A DNA stretch of 64,000 bases from Candidatus Aldehydirespiratoraceae bacterium (GTDB lineage Bacteria; Actinomycetota; Acidimicrobiia; Acidimicrobiales; Aldehydirespiratoraceae): positions 2,957,800 to 3,021,799 of the forward strand of contig CBDFKX010000002.1 in NCBI GenBank assembly GCA_965249055.1, given 5' to 3'. Every line of letters starts with the position of its first letter. The stretch's first letter is position 1. The notes beneath the pieces were generated by a model. It was not told where the DNA came from. It was given only the letters and a program-made list of their open reading frames with translations, and ran no database searches. Both the position numbers and the translations under genes were made by a program. Shown in pieces: positions 25,801 to 34,231 of the stretch.

Positions 25801-28125
25801 ACTGTGAGTCGCGGGTTCTCATACTTTGCGCTATTCAGTTGGATGTACAGTGACCGACGATCAACCGTCGTATTCGGCGGATTTCGCGGTGACGGTCAAC
25901 GAAGCTGTGTCGCTGGTTTCGGATCCGGCTGGCTTGAGGTGGTCGGCAGAGAACTGCGAACACGCCGGTGACGTTGCCTGCCGGCACGGGGGGCACGGGC
26001 ACGCTGGTCGTACTCGTTGGTGGAGGACGGCACGTCGATGGGCTGCCGACGGGGTTCGTGTTCGACGAGTCGTCGGATCGGGAGCTGTCGAGCACTACGG
26101 ACTGTGAGCACGGCCGACTCTCCGTATTCGTTGGTGTACACGGTGAAAGACGTCAACGAGGCGTCGTATTCGGCGACGTTCAAGGTGACGGTGCAACGTG
26201 GCTGTGTCGCTGGTTTCTGATGATCCGGGTGATTTGGGGTGGACAGCGGGGCATGCGAACACGCCGGTGACGTTGCCTGAGGGCACGGGGGGCACGGGCA
26301 CGCTGTCGTACTCGTTGAAGTTGTCTGACGGGTGCTGCTGCCGACGGGGTTCGTGTTCACGGAGTCGTCGGCGGCAGTTGTCGAGCACTACGGACTGTGA
26401 GTCGCGGGTTCTCATACTCTCCGCTATTCGTTGGTGTACACGGTGACCGACGATCAACGAGGCGTCGTATTCGGCGGATTTCGCGGTGACGGTCAACGAA
26501 GCTGTGTCGCTGGTTTCTGATGTTCCGGGTGATTTGGGGTGGACAGCGGAGCATGCGAACACGCCGGTGACGCTGCCTGCGGGCGTCTGGGGGCACGGGC
26601 ACGCTGTCGTACACGTGGTGGAGTTCGGCACGGATCGGGGCTGCCGACGGGGTTCGTCGTTCGACGAGTCGTCGGATCGGGAGCTGTCGAGCACTACGGA
26701 CTGTGAGCACGGCCGACTCTCCGTATTCGTTGGTGTACACGGTGAAAGACGTCAACGAGGCGTCGTATTCGGCGACGTTCACGGTGACGGTCAACTGAAG
26801 CTGTGTCGCAGTCGTTCGTTTCTGAGCCAGATCCGGGTGGTTTGGAGTGGACAGCGGGGCATGCGAACACGCCGGTGACGCTGCCTGAGGGTCTGGGGGC
26901 ACGGGCACGCTGTCGTATTCGTTGAAGTTGTCTGACGGGTGCTGCTGCCGACGGAGTTCGTGTTCACGGAGTCGTCGAGCGGCAGTTGTCGAGCACGACG
27001 GACTGTGGTCGCGGGTCTCCGTATTCGTTGGTGTACACGGTGACAGACGACAACGAGGCGTCGTATCGGCGGATTTCGCGGTGACGGTGAGGGAGGTGGC
27101 GGAGGTGGCGGAGGTTTTCTGGTGGTGGGTTTTCTGGTCGGCCGGTTCGGTTGCCTGTCTATGTCCCGGATCCGGGTGACTTGGTGTGGACGGCGGACGG
27201 CATGAATACGTCAGTAGTGTTGCCTGAGGGGGCGACTGCCCCGACGACACCGACAGTAGACAACGCGAGTAGGTCAGTCGTGCTGCCTGAGGGTTCGGGG
27301 GGCGTGGGCGCGTTGTCGTACTCGTTGACGTTGATTAACAGGTGGGCGCTGCCGTCGGGGTTCGAGTTCGCGTCCACACGGATGTTGACTGCGTCCGCAC
27401 AGATATTCTCGAGCATGCGCGCAATAGAGGCGGTCTCTCATACATTGCGTTATACGGTGACTGATGCTAGGCGCGTGTCAGCGTCACGGGACTTCACGGC
27501 GACGCTGGTGTCGTCGATCCCTGATGTAGGTCGTGATGCGCCGTATCGGCCGGCGGTGGTGTGGATGGTCGCCAACGGTATTGCCAGGGGATGCTCGCAA
27601 GATCGGTTCTGTCCTGACGACCAGTTGACGCGTGGCGAGTTCGTGACGTTCTTGTGGCGCGCGGTGGGCAGGCCCACGCCAGCTTATGCTGGTTCGGATG
27701 TCTACTCTGATGTTGTGGAGGGCTCGTATTCGGACTTGGCCATCGGTTGGGCAGCAGCCACAGGCCTGACCTTGGGTTGCTCTTCGGGACAGCCCGATGA
27801 TCCAGACTGGCGGTTCTGTCCCGCCGACAAAGTTACCCGGGCTCAGACCGCTGCATTCTTGTACCGCTTCCTGGGAGTCAAGCTTCGGCGCCCGCAGCCG
27901 TTGCCTCTTGAGGATGTGAGTCTTTACAGCTACTACGCAAACGCTGTCGCGTGGCTGCACGTCAACAACATCATGGCCCCCTGCGAACCAGACCGGTTCT
28001 GCCCGAATCAGAACCCGAGCCGGGCCGACTTGGCCACCTTCATGCACAGAATCGCCGCCACTCCGTCAAGCTGGGCCACCGACCGCGCCCCCCTGCCCCA
28101 ACTAGCACTGACCAACTCAAACTAA
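22877..28125 (+). pseudogene. giant cell-surface repeat protein gene (signal/TM N-terminus, ~15 Ig-like 97-aa repeats, three SLH-like C-terminal modules); frame broken repeatedly between ~24258 and ~27150
   Basis: The intact 5' ORF 22877..24328 begins MMRRIAPIVLGLAIAIAVAGGWLL and carries five repeats. The repeat is DLGWTAGHANTAVTLPAGTGGTGTLSYSVVEFGTDALPTGFVFNSSDRKLSSTTDVSTANSPYSLVYTVTDDNEASYSADFDVTVNEAVSLVSDDPG. The same repeat continues to ~27150 but hops between all three frames. The 3' ORF 27151..28125 has a last divergent repeat plus the SLH-like modules. The total length of 5249 nt is not a multiple of 3. Confidence 0.7.
23003..27177 (+). repeat. tandem array of 14 units of about 291 bp (plus a divergent 15th), with a ~590-bp two-unit higher-order repeat from 24451
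   Basis: GATTTGGGGTGGAC anchors (or variants) lie at 23003, 23294, 23576, 23867, 24158, 24451, 24747, 25041, 25337, 25632, 25931, 26231, 26531, 26839 and 27178. Units at 23576 and 23867 look identical: alternative-frame ORFs 23584..23856 and 23875..24147 give identical peptides. Confidence 0.9.
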
Positions 28126-28208
28126 CCTCACAACAACCGCAACCCCCCAAACCAACCCGGCACCCAAGACCGAACCGACACCGCCGCGTTCACCCCCGAC
28201 GCCGTGGG

Positions 28209-28284
28209 GGCTTCGGTCTGCTCTAGCTCCGCTAGAAGCCCGCTTACGGCAGAGAGCCGGACTCTCAACTGGACTACCGAAGCC
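28209..28284 (-). other. 76-nt multi-hairpin element closed by an 8-bp stem, downstream of the IS110 remnant
   Basis: On the minus strand, GGCTTCGG...CCGAAGCC closes three hairpins. These are GAGAG-TCCGG-CTCTC (plus coordinates 28252-28266), CCG-TAAG-CGG (28240-28249) and TTCTAGC-GGA-GCTAGAG (28221-28237). It is tRNA-sized but lacks D-arm, T-arm and anticodon-arm geometry. Confidence 0.3.
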
Positions 28285-28315
28285 GTTGGTCCTGGGACTG
28301 TCAGACGCTCCCTTG

Positions 28316-28648
28316 TCAAGCCGCTAGTGGGTGGGGCTGTTGTCGGGCGGTTTCGTCGCGCCACATTCGGCGGATGATGCGGTTGGCGAGTTGGCGTTTG
28401 TGGGCTCGTCGGGCTTCGCGTCGGGTCTTGCCTTCGGTGGCTTTGCGGGCGAGGTAGGCGGCGGCGTCGGGCTGGCTGCGCTGCTCGGTGACCGACGCGA
28501 TGTAGAGCACGCTGTTGATGCGCCGGTTGCCTCTGAAGTCGAGAGTGTGCGGGCCGCGACCAGGGCGCGACGGTGCTCGAGCACTGATCCACTGATGTCG
28601 CCACAGGCCAGGCAGTGGTTCAGTGTTGGTTGATTTCGCGAGCCTCAA
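28316..28648 (-). mobile_element. IS110-family transposase gene remnant (C-terminal ~90 codons only)
   Basis: HTLDFRGNRRINSVLYIASVTEQRSQPDAAAYLARKATEGKTRREARRAHKRQLANRIIRRMWRD matches the conserved C-terminal (Transposase_20-type) block of IS110 transposases. The first ~20 codons of the ORF are unrecognisable. No N-terminal DEDD domain is present, and the fragment abuts the priA stop. Confidence 0.65.
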
Positions 28649-30402
28649 ACCCGGAGCGGGTCGACCTCTATTCGCAGACGACTATCCGGGCGGGGGGTGG
28701 CTTCGAGGGCGTTGAGGAGTGGCTCATGGGTGTCGGCTTGCAACAACCAACGGTCATTGGAGGGGCCAAGGATTCGAACTCCAACCGGATGACCCAGCGC
28801 GCCCATGAACCCCTTGGCACCGGCACCGGAGACCAAGACCTGTGCTCCATAAGGAGCGATCCCCGCGGCTTTGCGGCGATCGCGTTCTGCGACGGCGACG
28901 ATCGAGGGGTCGCCGCGCAACACAGCCCGCACGACCTCATGGTCGGGTTGGCGGGTTTGCAGTACGAGACGGCCACCGGAGTCCCTTGGTCCCAACAAAC
29001 GAGCCGCCCGTGCCAACAATGCCATCGTCTGTTCCACAGCTCTTTGGCGAGGTGCTAACAGTTCCTGGTCAAGATCCAAAAACACGACGACATCGGCCGC
29101 TGCGACACGATGCAGCACCGCTTCGGTCCCGATCACGACGCGCGTGGTCGGTTCTGCCACAGATGATGCGGTGACCTCGTCGACTGCTTCGCCGACGAGA
29201 GGCGCTAGTTCTTCTCTGGCCCTTGTGACACCTGCACGGAGGTTCTTCAAACGAGTATTGCCACAGTGGGCACAAACCGGCGGGCGCACCTCAGTCCCGT
29301 CGGGCGAACGAAGCTCATGGTCTGCAAGAAGCATGGGCGAGGCACCGTCGAGGGTACGCACCAGTTCACCGCAGGATGCGCAGGACAAAAGCCGTGAACG
29401 TCCCTTGCGATTCAGTACGCAAACCACTCGACCCTCGCCGCGAAGCAAACCGACAATATTCTCGGCAAAAAGACCCGCGTTGGTGGGGTCTTCATCACGA
29501 CGATCAAGCACTTCAAGCAGCGGCCAGCCGGTGCGCTGCGCGGTACGGTCGGGCCGCAACAACGGACCCGCTCTCAGAGCTTCCAGTGACGGCACCGGGG
29601 AACTGAGAACCGCCGGCACGCCACGACGGCGCGCTCGTTCCAACCCGACCACACGCGCGTGCCAGGTGGGTGACGACTGCTCAACAAGCGACTCGTCGTG
29701 TTCATCAAAGACCACGACCGCGGATAGTCGCGGCATGGGCATCCAGGCCGCTGAACGAGTCCCCACCACCGTGGAGCCACTCGCGGCCACAGACCACTCC
29801 TGAGTCCCGAGCGCGACCTTCACACCAGCACGGCGCAAAGCAATCCCCAGGCGGCGAGCTCGACCAGAATCAGCCAACAGCAACAACGCATCACCGGTTC
29901 GGCAAGCTTCAAGAGCGAGGGGCACATCGTCGTTGCTCGGTGGTGTCCGAACCACGGCAACGGCTTTTTTTTGGGCCAGCTCAAAGGCTTGCGAAAACAC
30001 ATCTACCGGTCCAGAAGGCACCAGTTCGCGGTTCGCGGCCTGCGGCACTCCGGCGAGCATCGAAGGCGGCGAAGCTGCACGCAGGAACTTCACTCGGCTA
30101 CCCGCCCAGCGCCACGCGGCCCAAGTGGCCAACTCCATCATCTCAGCGCTGGGTCCAACGCCGCTCAAGGTCTTCAGTGGGGCTAACTCCACTCCCACTA
30201 CAGGCTCAACATCAACGGCACACACCCAGGCACCCACCCGTCGCCCCGCAAGAGACACCCGCACCATCGAACCCACACCCAGCCGCTCCGAGCGGCCATC
30301 AGCCTCCCACGCTTCAGGAACAAAATAGTCGAACTCCCGATTGATCCCCAAGACATCGGGAATAACCCGCACAACCCTTCGTTCGGTTTTGTCCAAGGTC
30401 AT
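28645..30402 (-). CDS. priA: primosomal protein N' (PriA), actinobacterial divergent type
   Basis: 585 aa. N-terminal EFDYFVP...GSMVRVSLAGRRVGAWV, VVFDEHDES (motif II), a Cys-rich insert CASCG...CAHCGN, and a position upstream of metK. No GxGK[ST] Walker A motif is visible. Confidence 0.8.
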   Translation of the reverse strand: MTLDKTERRVVRVIPDVLGINREFDYFVPEAWEADGRSERLGVGSMVRVSLAGRRVGAWVCAVDVEPVVGVELAPLKTLSGVGPSAEMMELATWAAWRWAGSRVKFLRAASPPSMLAGVPQAANRELVPSGPVDVFSQAFELAQKKAVAVVRTPPSNDDVPLALEACRTGDALLLLADSGRARRLGIALRRAGVKVALGTQEWSVAASGSTVVGTRSAAWMPMPRLSAVVVFDEHDESLVEQSSPTWHARVVGLERARRRGVPAVLSSPVPSLEALRAGPLLRPDRTAQRTGWPLLEVLDRRDEDPTNAGLFAENIVGLLRGEGRVVCVLNRKGRSRLLSCASCGELVRTLDGASPMLLADHELRSPDGTEVRPPVCAHCGNTRLKNLRAGVTRAREELAPLVGEAVDEVTASSVAEPTTRVVIGTEAVLHRVAAADVVVFLDLDQELLAPRQRAVEQTMALLARAARLLGPRDSGGRLVLQTRQPDHEVVRAVLRGDPSIVAVAERDRRKAAGIAPYGAQVLVSGAGAKGFMGALGHPVGVRILGPSNDRWLLQADTHEPLLNALEATPRPDSRLRIEVDPLRV

Positions 30403-30426
30403 CTGAGACGCTCGGCCTCTGGACCC

Positions 30427-31629
30427 TCAGAGACCCAACGCTGATTTGAGTTCGTCGACCCGGTTCGTTTTCTCCCACGGGAACAGGCCGTCGTCGCTGG
30501 AGCGGCCAAAATGGCCGTATGCAGCGGTCTTTTGGTAGATCGGGCGCCGCAGGTCGAGATCGCGAAGAATCGCCGCAGGACGGAGATCGAAAATCTCGTC
30601 GATAGCGGTGTCGACCGCGGCCTTGTCGACAGTCTCAGTGCCGAACGTTTCAATAAGAACTGAAACGGGGCGTGCCATGCCAATGGCGTAGGCAACCTGG
30701 ACCTCACACCGGCTAGCCGCTCCGGAGGCAACCAGGTTCTTTGCCACCCAGCGAGCCGCGTAAGCGGCGGAACGGTCAACCTTGGAGGGATCCTTGCCTG
30801 AGAATGCGCCTCCCCCGTGGCGAGCCATGCCGCCATAGGTGTCGACGATGATCTTGCGCCCGGTAAGCCCGCAGTCCCCTACCGGTCCACCGATGACGAA
30901 ACGGCCGGTTGGGTTGACGTACACGTCGTAATTGTCATCGGCGAATTCGGCGGGAATAACCGGGGCGATGACATGCTCAATCAAGTCAGGCCGGATCATC
31001 GTGTCGCGGTCGATGCCATCGTTGTGTTGAGTAGAAACCAGGACCGTCTTGAGACGGATGGGTTTGCTGTCCTCGTATTCGAAAGTCACCTGGGTTTTGG
31101 CGTCAGGGCGAATGTACGGGATCGTTCCCGCTCTACGGACCTCAGCGTGGCGCTCGGCCATTCGATGAGCCAGATGGATGGGCAGAGGCATCAATTCTTC
31201 GGTTTCATCGCAGGCGTAGCCGAACATCATTCCCTGATCGCCGGCACCCTGCATGTCGAGCACGTCCTGTTCTCCCGCGATACCCGAACGAACCTCCTCA
31301 GAAGCGCGGAGACCTAGATCTATGTCGGGCGACTGATCGTCGATGGTGACCATGACGCCGCAGGTATTTCCGTCGTAACCGAACGCTTCACGGTCGTAAC
31401 CGATTCCCCTGATCGTCTCGCGAACCGTGCTGGCGATATCTACGTACGCTTCGGTGGTTATCTCACCGGCAACGATGGCCAGGCCAGTCGTGACCATTGT
31501 TTCGCAAGCCACGCGACTCATCGGATCCTGAGCCAACATGGCATCCAGAATCGAATCTGAAATCTGATCTGCCATCTTGTCTGGATGGCCCTCTGTCACG
31601 CTTTCAGAGGTGAAGGCCCAGCGAGTCAC
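30427..31629 (-). CDS. metK: S-adenosylmethionine synthase
   Basis: [32 protein letters not shown] and [16 protein letters not shown]. Confidence 0.95.
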   Translation of the reverse strand: MTRWAFTSESVTEGHPDKMADQISDSILDAMLAQDPMSRVACETMVTTGLAIVAGEITTEAYVDIASTVRETIRGIGYDREAFGYDGNTCGVMVTIDDQSPDIDLGLRASEEVRSGIAGEQDVLDMQGAGDQGMMFGYACDETEELMPLPIHLAHRMAERHAEVRRAGTIPYIRPDAKTQVTFEYEDSKPIRLKTVLVSTQHNDGIDRDTMIRPDLIEHVIAPVIPAEFADDNYDVYVNPTGRFVIGGPVGDCGLTGRKIIVDTYGGMARHGGGAFSGKDPSKVDRSAAYAARWVAKNLVASGAASRCEVQVAYAIGMARPVSVLIETFGTETVDKAAVDTAIDEIFDLRPAAILRDLDLRRPIYQKTAAYGHFGRSSDDGLFPWEKTNRVDELKSALGL

Positions 31630-32870
31630 TCTTGCTCCTTGTCATCTCGGTTGAGGGTTCCGCGGTTGAAGGTTCCGCGGTTGAGGGTTTCGACTGCAGC
31701 ATCGAGCACGACCCGAGCCACCTCGTCTTTGCTGCACAGTGGCGTTTGCCGCCGCACACCATTGGCACAAAGCACAACAACCTCATTGGTTTCGTGCTCA
31801 AAACCCACACCTGGTTTCGAAACATCGTTGGCCACAATGATGTCGAGGTTTTTTTTGTCGAGTTTTGCGGCCGCGTTGTGTTCAACGTCGTCAGTCTCCG
31901 CAGCGAATCCGATCAGAACCTGACCGTTGGGTTTGGCTGCGCCTAGTTCGGCGAGGATGTCGACGGTGGGTTCAAATTCAACGCTGAGCGTGCCCTGATC
32001 CTTCTTGAGCTTGCGATCCACGATTTCTTGGGGTCGGAAGTCCGCAACCGCGGCAGCCATTACAACCACATCAGCTTGAGGCGCCTCATCGCTGCAGGCC
32101 CGGTGCATTTCGTCGGCTGTGGACACATTCACGACGCGAACGCCGCTTGGGGCGTTCACCGGACTGGTAGTTACCAGCACAACATCAGCACCGCGTTCAG
32201 CAGCGTTTTGGGCCAATGCGTGACCTTGTTTACCCGAGGATCGGTTGCCAACGAAGCGGACTGCATCGATCGGTTCGCGGGTGCCGCCTGCGGTGACCAG
32301 CACTCGCTTGCCCGCAAGATCGCCGGTGGCAAGAACATTTTCGACAGCAGTCACAATCGCGGCTGGTTCGGCGAGACGCCCAAGCCCAAAATCGCCTCCC
32401 GCGAGGCGACCGCTCTCGGGATCGACTACATGCACTCCACGGGAACGCAGTACCGCAAGGTTGTCTTGCACGGAGACCTGTTCCCACATTTCGGTGTGCA
32501 TCGCCGGGCAGACCATTAGCGGCGCTCGGGTGGCAAGAATCGTGGCTGTCAGTAGATCGCCGGAACGCCCGGTGCGAATATCGGAAATGATCCGGGCAGT
32601 TGCCGGGGCTACAAGAACCATGTCTGCGTTCTGTCCCATCACGGTATGGGGAATTGGAGTGGCGGGGTCGTTGAACAGCGATGTGCGGGCTCCTTCGCTG
32701 GCCAACGCAGAAAAGGTGACCTCACCAACCATCTCAAGGGCACCCTTGGTCAAGACCGGTGTTACATGTGCCCCGGCCTCAACTAGACGACGACATAGAT
32801 CCACCGCCTTGTAGGCGGCGATCCCACCGGTGACACCGAGAATGATGCGTCGACCCGAGAGCGTGGTCAT
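31626..32870 (-). CDS. coaBC: bifunctional phosphopantothenoylcysteine decarboxylase / phosphopantothenate--cysteine ligase
   Basis: [24 protein letters not shown] and [25 protein letters not shown]. The C-terminal tail is [18 protein letters not shown]. Confidence 0.9.
   Translation of the reverse strand: MTTLSGRRIILGVTGGIAAYKAVDLCRRLVEAGAHVTPVLTKGALEMVGEVTFSALASEGARTSLFNDPATPIPHTVMGQNADMVLVAPATARIISDIRTGRSGDLLTATILATRAPLMVCPAMHTEMWEQVSVQDNLAVLRSRGVHVVDPESGRLAGGDFGLGRLAEPAAIVTAVENVLATGDLAGKRVLVTAGGTREPIDAVRFVGNRSSGKQGHALAQNAAERGADVVLVTTSPVNAPSGVRVVNVSTADEMHRACSDEAPQADVVVMAAAVADFRPQEIVDRKLKKDQGTLSVEFEPTVDILAELGAAKPNGQVLIGFAAETDDVEHNAAAKLDKKNLDIIVANDVSKPGVGFEHETNEVVVLCANGVRRQTPLCSKDEVARVVLDAAVETLNRGTFNRGTLNRDDKEQE
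31649..31693. repeat. 15-bp tandem repeat x3 inside the coaBC 3' end
   Basis: GGTTGAGGGTTCCGC / GGTTGAAGGTTCCGC / GGTTGAGGGTTTCGA. In frame, it encodes the NRGT(F/L) repeats. Confidence 0.9.
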
Positions 32871-32897
32871 GCCGCAGACACTGCCAAATGATTCGGG

Positions 32898-33194
32898 TCA
32901 GGCACCCACGTAGTCCGGAGCGGTTTCAGCTTCAGCTTCGGCTTCGGGATCAACCTCGATTGCTACGATCTTGTCCGCGGCGATTTCTTCAAAGGCAATC
33001 GACAATGGCTTGCTGGCCGTCGATGCAACCTGGGGAGGTATCGACGCTCCCATACCGCGGCCAAGTTGCCCCACATAGTTGGTGATTTCACGACTCCGCA
33101 TTGCTGAGAGGGTGACGAGACGGAACTTGGAACCGACATCATCAAGGAGACCCTCAATCGAAGGATTCATCATCGTGTCGTAGCCGTGAGCCAT
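32898..33194 (-). CDS. rpoZ: DNA-directed RNA polymerase subunit omega
   Basis: PSIEGLLDDVGSKFRLVTLSAMRSREI..., sited between gmk and coaBC. Confidence 0.85.
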   Translation of the reverse strand: MAHGYDTMMNPSIEGLLDDVGSKFRLVTLSAMRSREITNYVGQLGRGMGASIPPQVASTASKPLSIAFEEIAADKIVAIEVDPEAEAEAETAPDYVGA

Positions 33195-33273
33195 AGTGCC
33201 TTCTCCCGAGATGTCGACGAACCTTGCCGTCTACCGCATGGTGTTCAACCGATTTACAAGCGTAGCAGCGCCA

Positions 33274-33831
33274 CTAGCTCCCGCGACGCTCGCGAATCAA
33301 GCCTTCCAACTCAGTCAGCGCCCGATCCAAGTCGTCGTTGATCAAGATCTCCGCACCAAGTTCGTGGGCCATAGCCAACTCATCCGCGGCCTTCGCCAGT
33401 CTGGCTTCAATCTTGTTTGCTGGATCGCCACGGCCCTGGAGCCGGGCTCGCTGAGCTTCACGGGAGGGAGCGTCTACAAAAACGACCAGAGCCTTTGGAA
33501 AGTGCTGTCGGATCTGTTGAGCACCGTACGCATCGATCTCATAGACAAGATCATGTCCGGGTGGTGGCTCCACTGCCGGCGTACCCTGTCGATAATCTAG
33601 AAAGTCCACCCACTCAAGAAACCCTCCGGCTTCCAAGTGCCTGTCGAAGTACTCCCGGTTTGTGAAGTGGTAGGCCTCCATTGGCTCGCCGGGACGCCGC
33701 GCTCGGGTCGTCCAACTGCGCGAAAGCCAGAGCCGTTGGTCCCGGTCCAATAGACGGGCTACAAGCGTGCCTTTCCCGACCCCACCTGGGCCAGAGATAA
33801 CGATGACCAACTGGTCCGAGGCCGCAATCAC
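33274..33831 (-). CDS. gmk: guanylate kinase
   Basis: VISGPGGVGKGTL P-loop, TTRARRPGE and YHF. Confidence 0.9.
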   Translation of the reverse strand: MIAASDQLVIVISGPGGVGKGTLVARLLDRDQRLWLSRSWTTRARRPGEPMEAYHFTNREYFDRHLEAGGFLEWVDFLDYRQGTPAVEPPPGHDLVYEIDAYGAQQIRQHFPKALVVFVDAPSREAQRARLQGRGDPANKIEARLAKAADELAMAHELGAEILINDDLDRALTELEGLIRERRGS

Positions 33832-33864
33832 TGTTGATCAACCAGCCTCTCTTGAGACCTTGGG

Positions 33865-34179
33865 TCAGCCAAACCTATCCAGAAGTTCAGCTCTTTGTTT
33901 TTGGCCGAGGCCTCGAAGACGACGGTTTTCAGCGATACCGATGTCTTCCATGGCGCGTCGGGCCTTGACCTTCCCTACTCCGGGAAGCGATTCGATCACC
34001 GCCAGCGTCTTCGTCTTGGCAACGATTTCGTCGCTGTCGGCTCTTTCGAGAACCTCTGCGAGAGTCAACGATCGCATCTTTAACAGATGCTTCAACTCTC
34101 GACGGGCCTTGCGCGCTTCGGTTGCCTTTGCAAGTGCTGCGGCTCGCGCTTCGTCTGACAACTTCGGAGGGTTAGACAT
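33865..34179 (-). CDS. mihF: integration host factor, actinobacterial type
   Basis: Start at MSNPPKLSDEARAAALAKATEARKARRELK..., with C-terminus LPGVGKVKARRAMEDIGIAENRRLRGLG. Confidence 0.8.
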   Translation of the reverse strand: MSNPPKLSDEARAAALAKATEARKARRELKHLLKMRSLTLAEVLERADSDEIVAKTKTLAVIESLPGVGKVKARRAMEDIGIAENRRLRGLGQKQRAELLDRFG

Positions 34180-34231
34180 GACAGAAACACTAGAGGCCAA
34201 GAGAAAAGAAGGCAATTACACGTGCCGATAG

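Noticed and set aside
23003-27177. Regularly spaced repeats as a possible CRISPR array or a diversity-generating retroelement target
   Set aside because: The 291-bp units are contiguous, with no spacers, and they encode a protein domain. No cas genes or reverse transcriptase are nearby. The differences between units are indels and mixed substitutions, not adenine-specific changes.
28209-28288. tRNA-like 76-nt cloverleaf followed by CCCA, considered as tRNA, tRNA-Sec or a suppressor tRNA
   Set aside because: The arms are in the wrong order and of the wrong sizes: 10-nt spacer, then a 5-bp stem with a 5-nt loop, a 3-bp stem with a 4-nt loop, and a 7-bp stem with a 3-nt loop. There is no GTTC T-loop, no D-loop GG and no 7-nt anticodon loop with U33. 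It is kept only as a structured element.
28765-28800. GGATTCGAAC motif resembling the reverse complement of a tRNA T-loop
   Set aside because: The flanking bases cannot form a T-stem or an acceptor stem. The motif lies inside the well-supported priA coding sequence.
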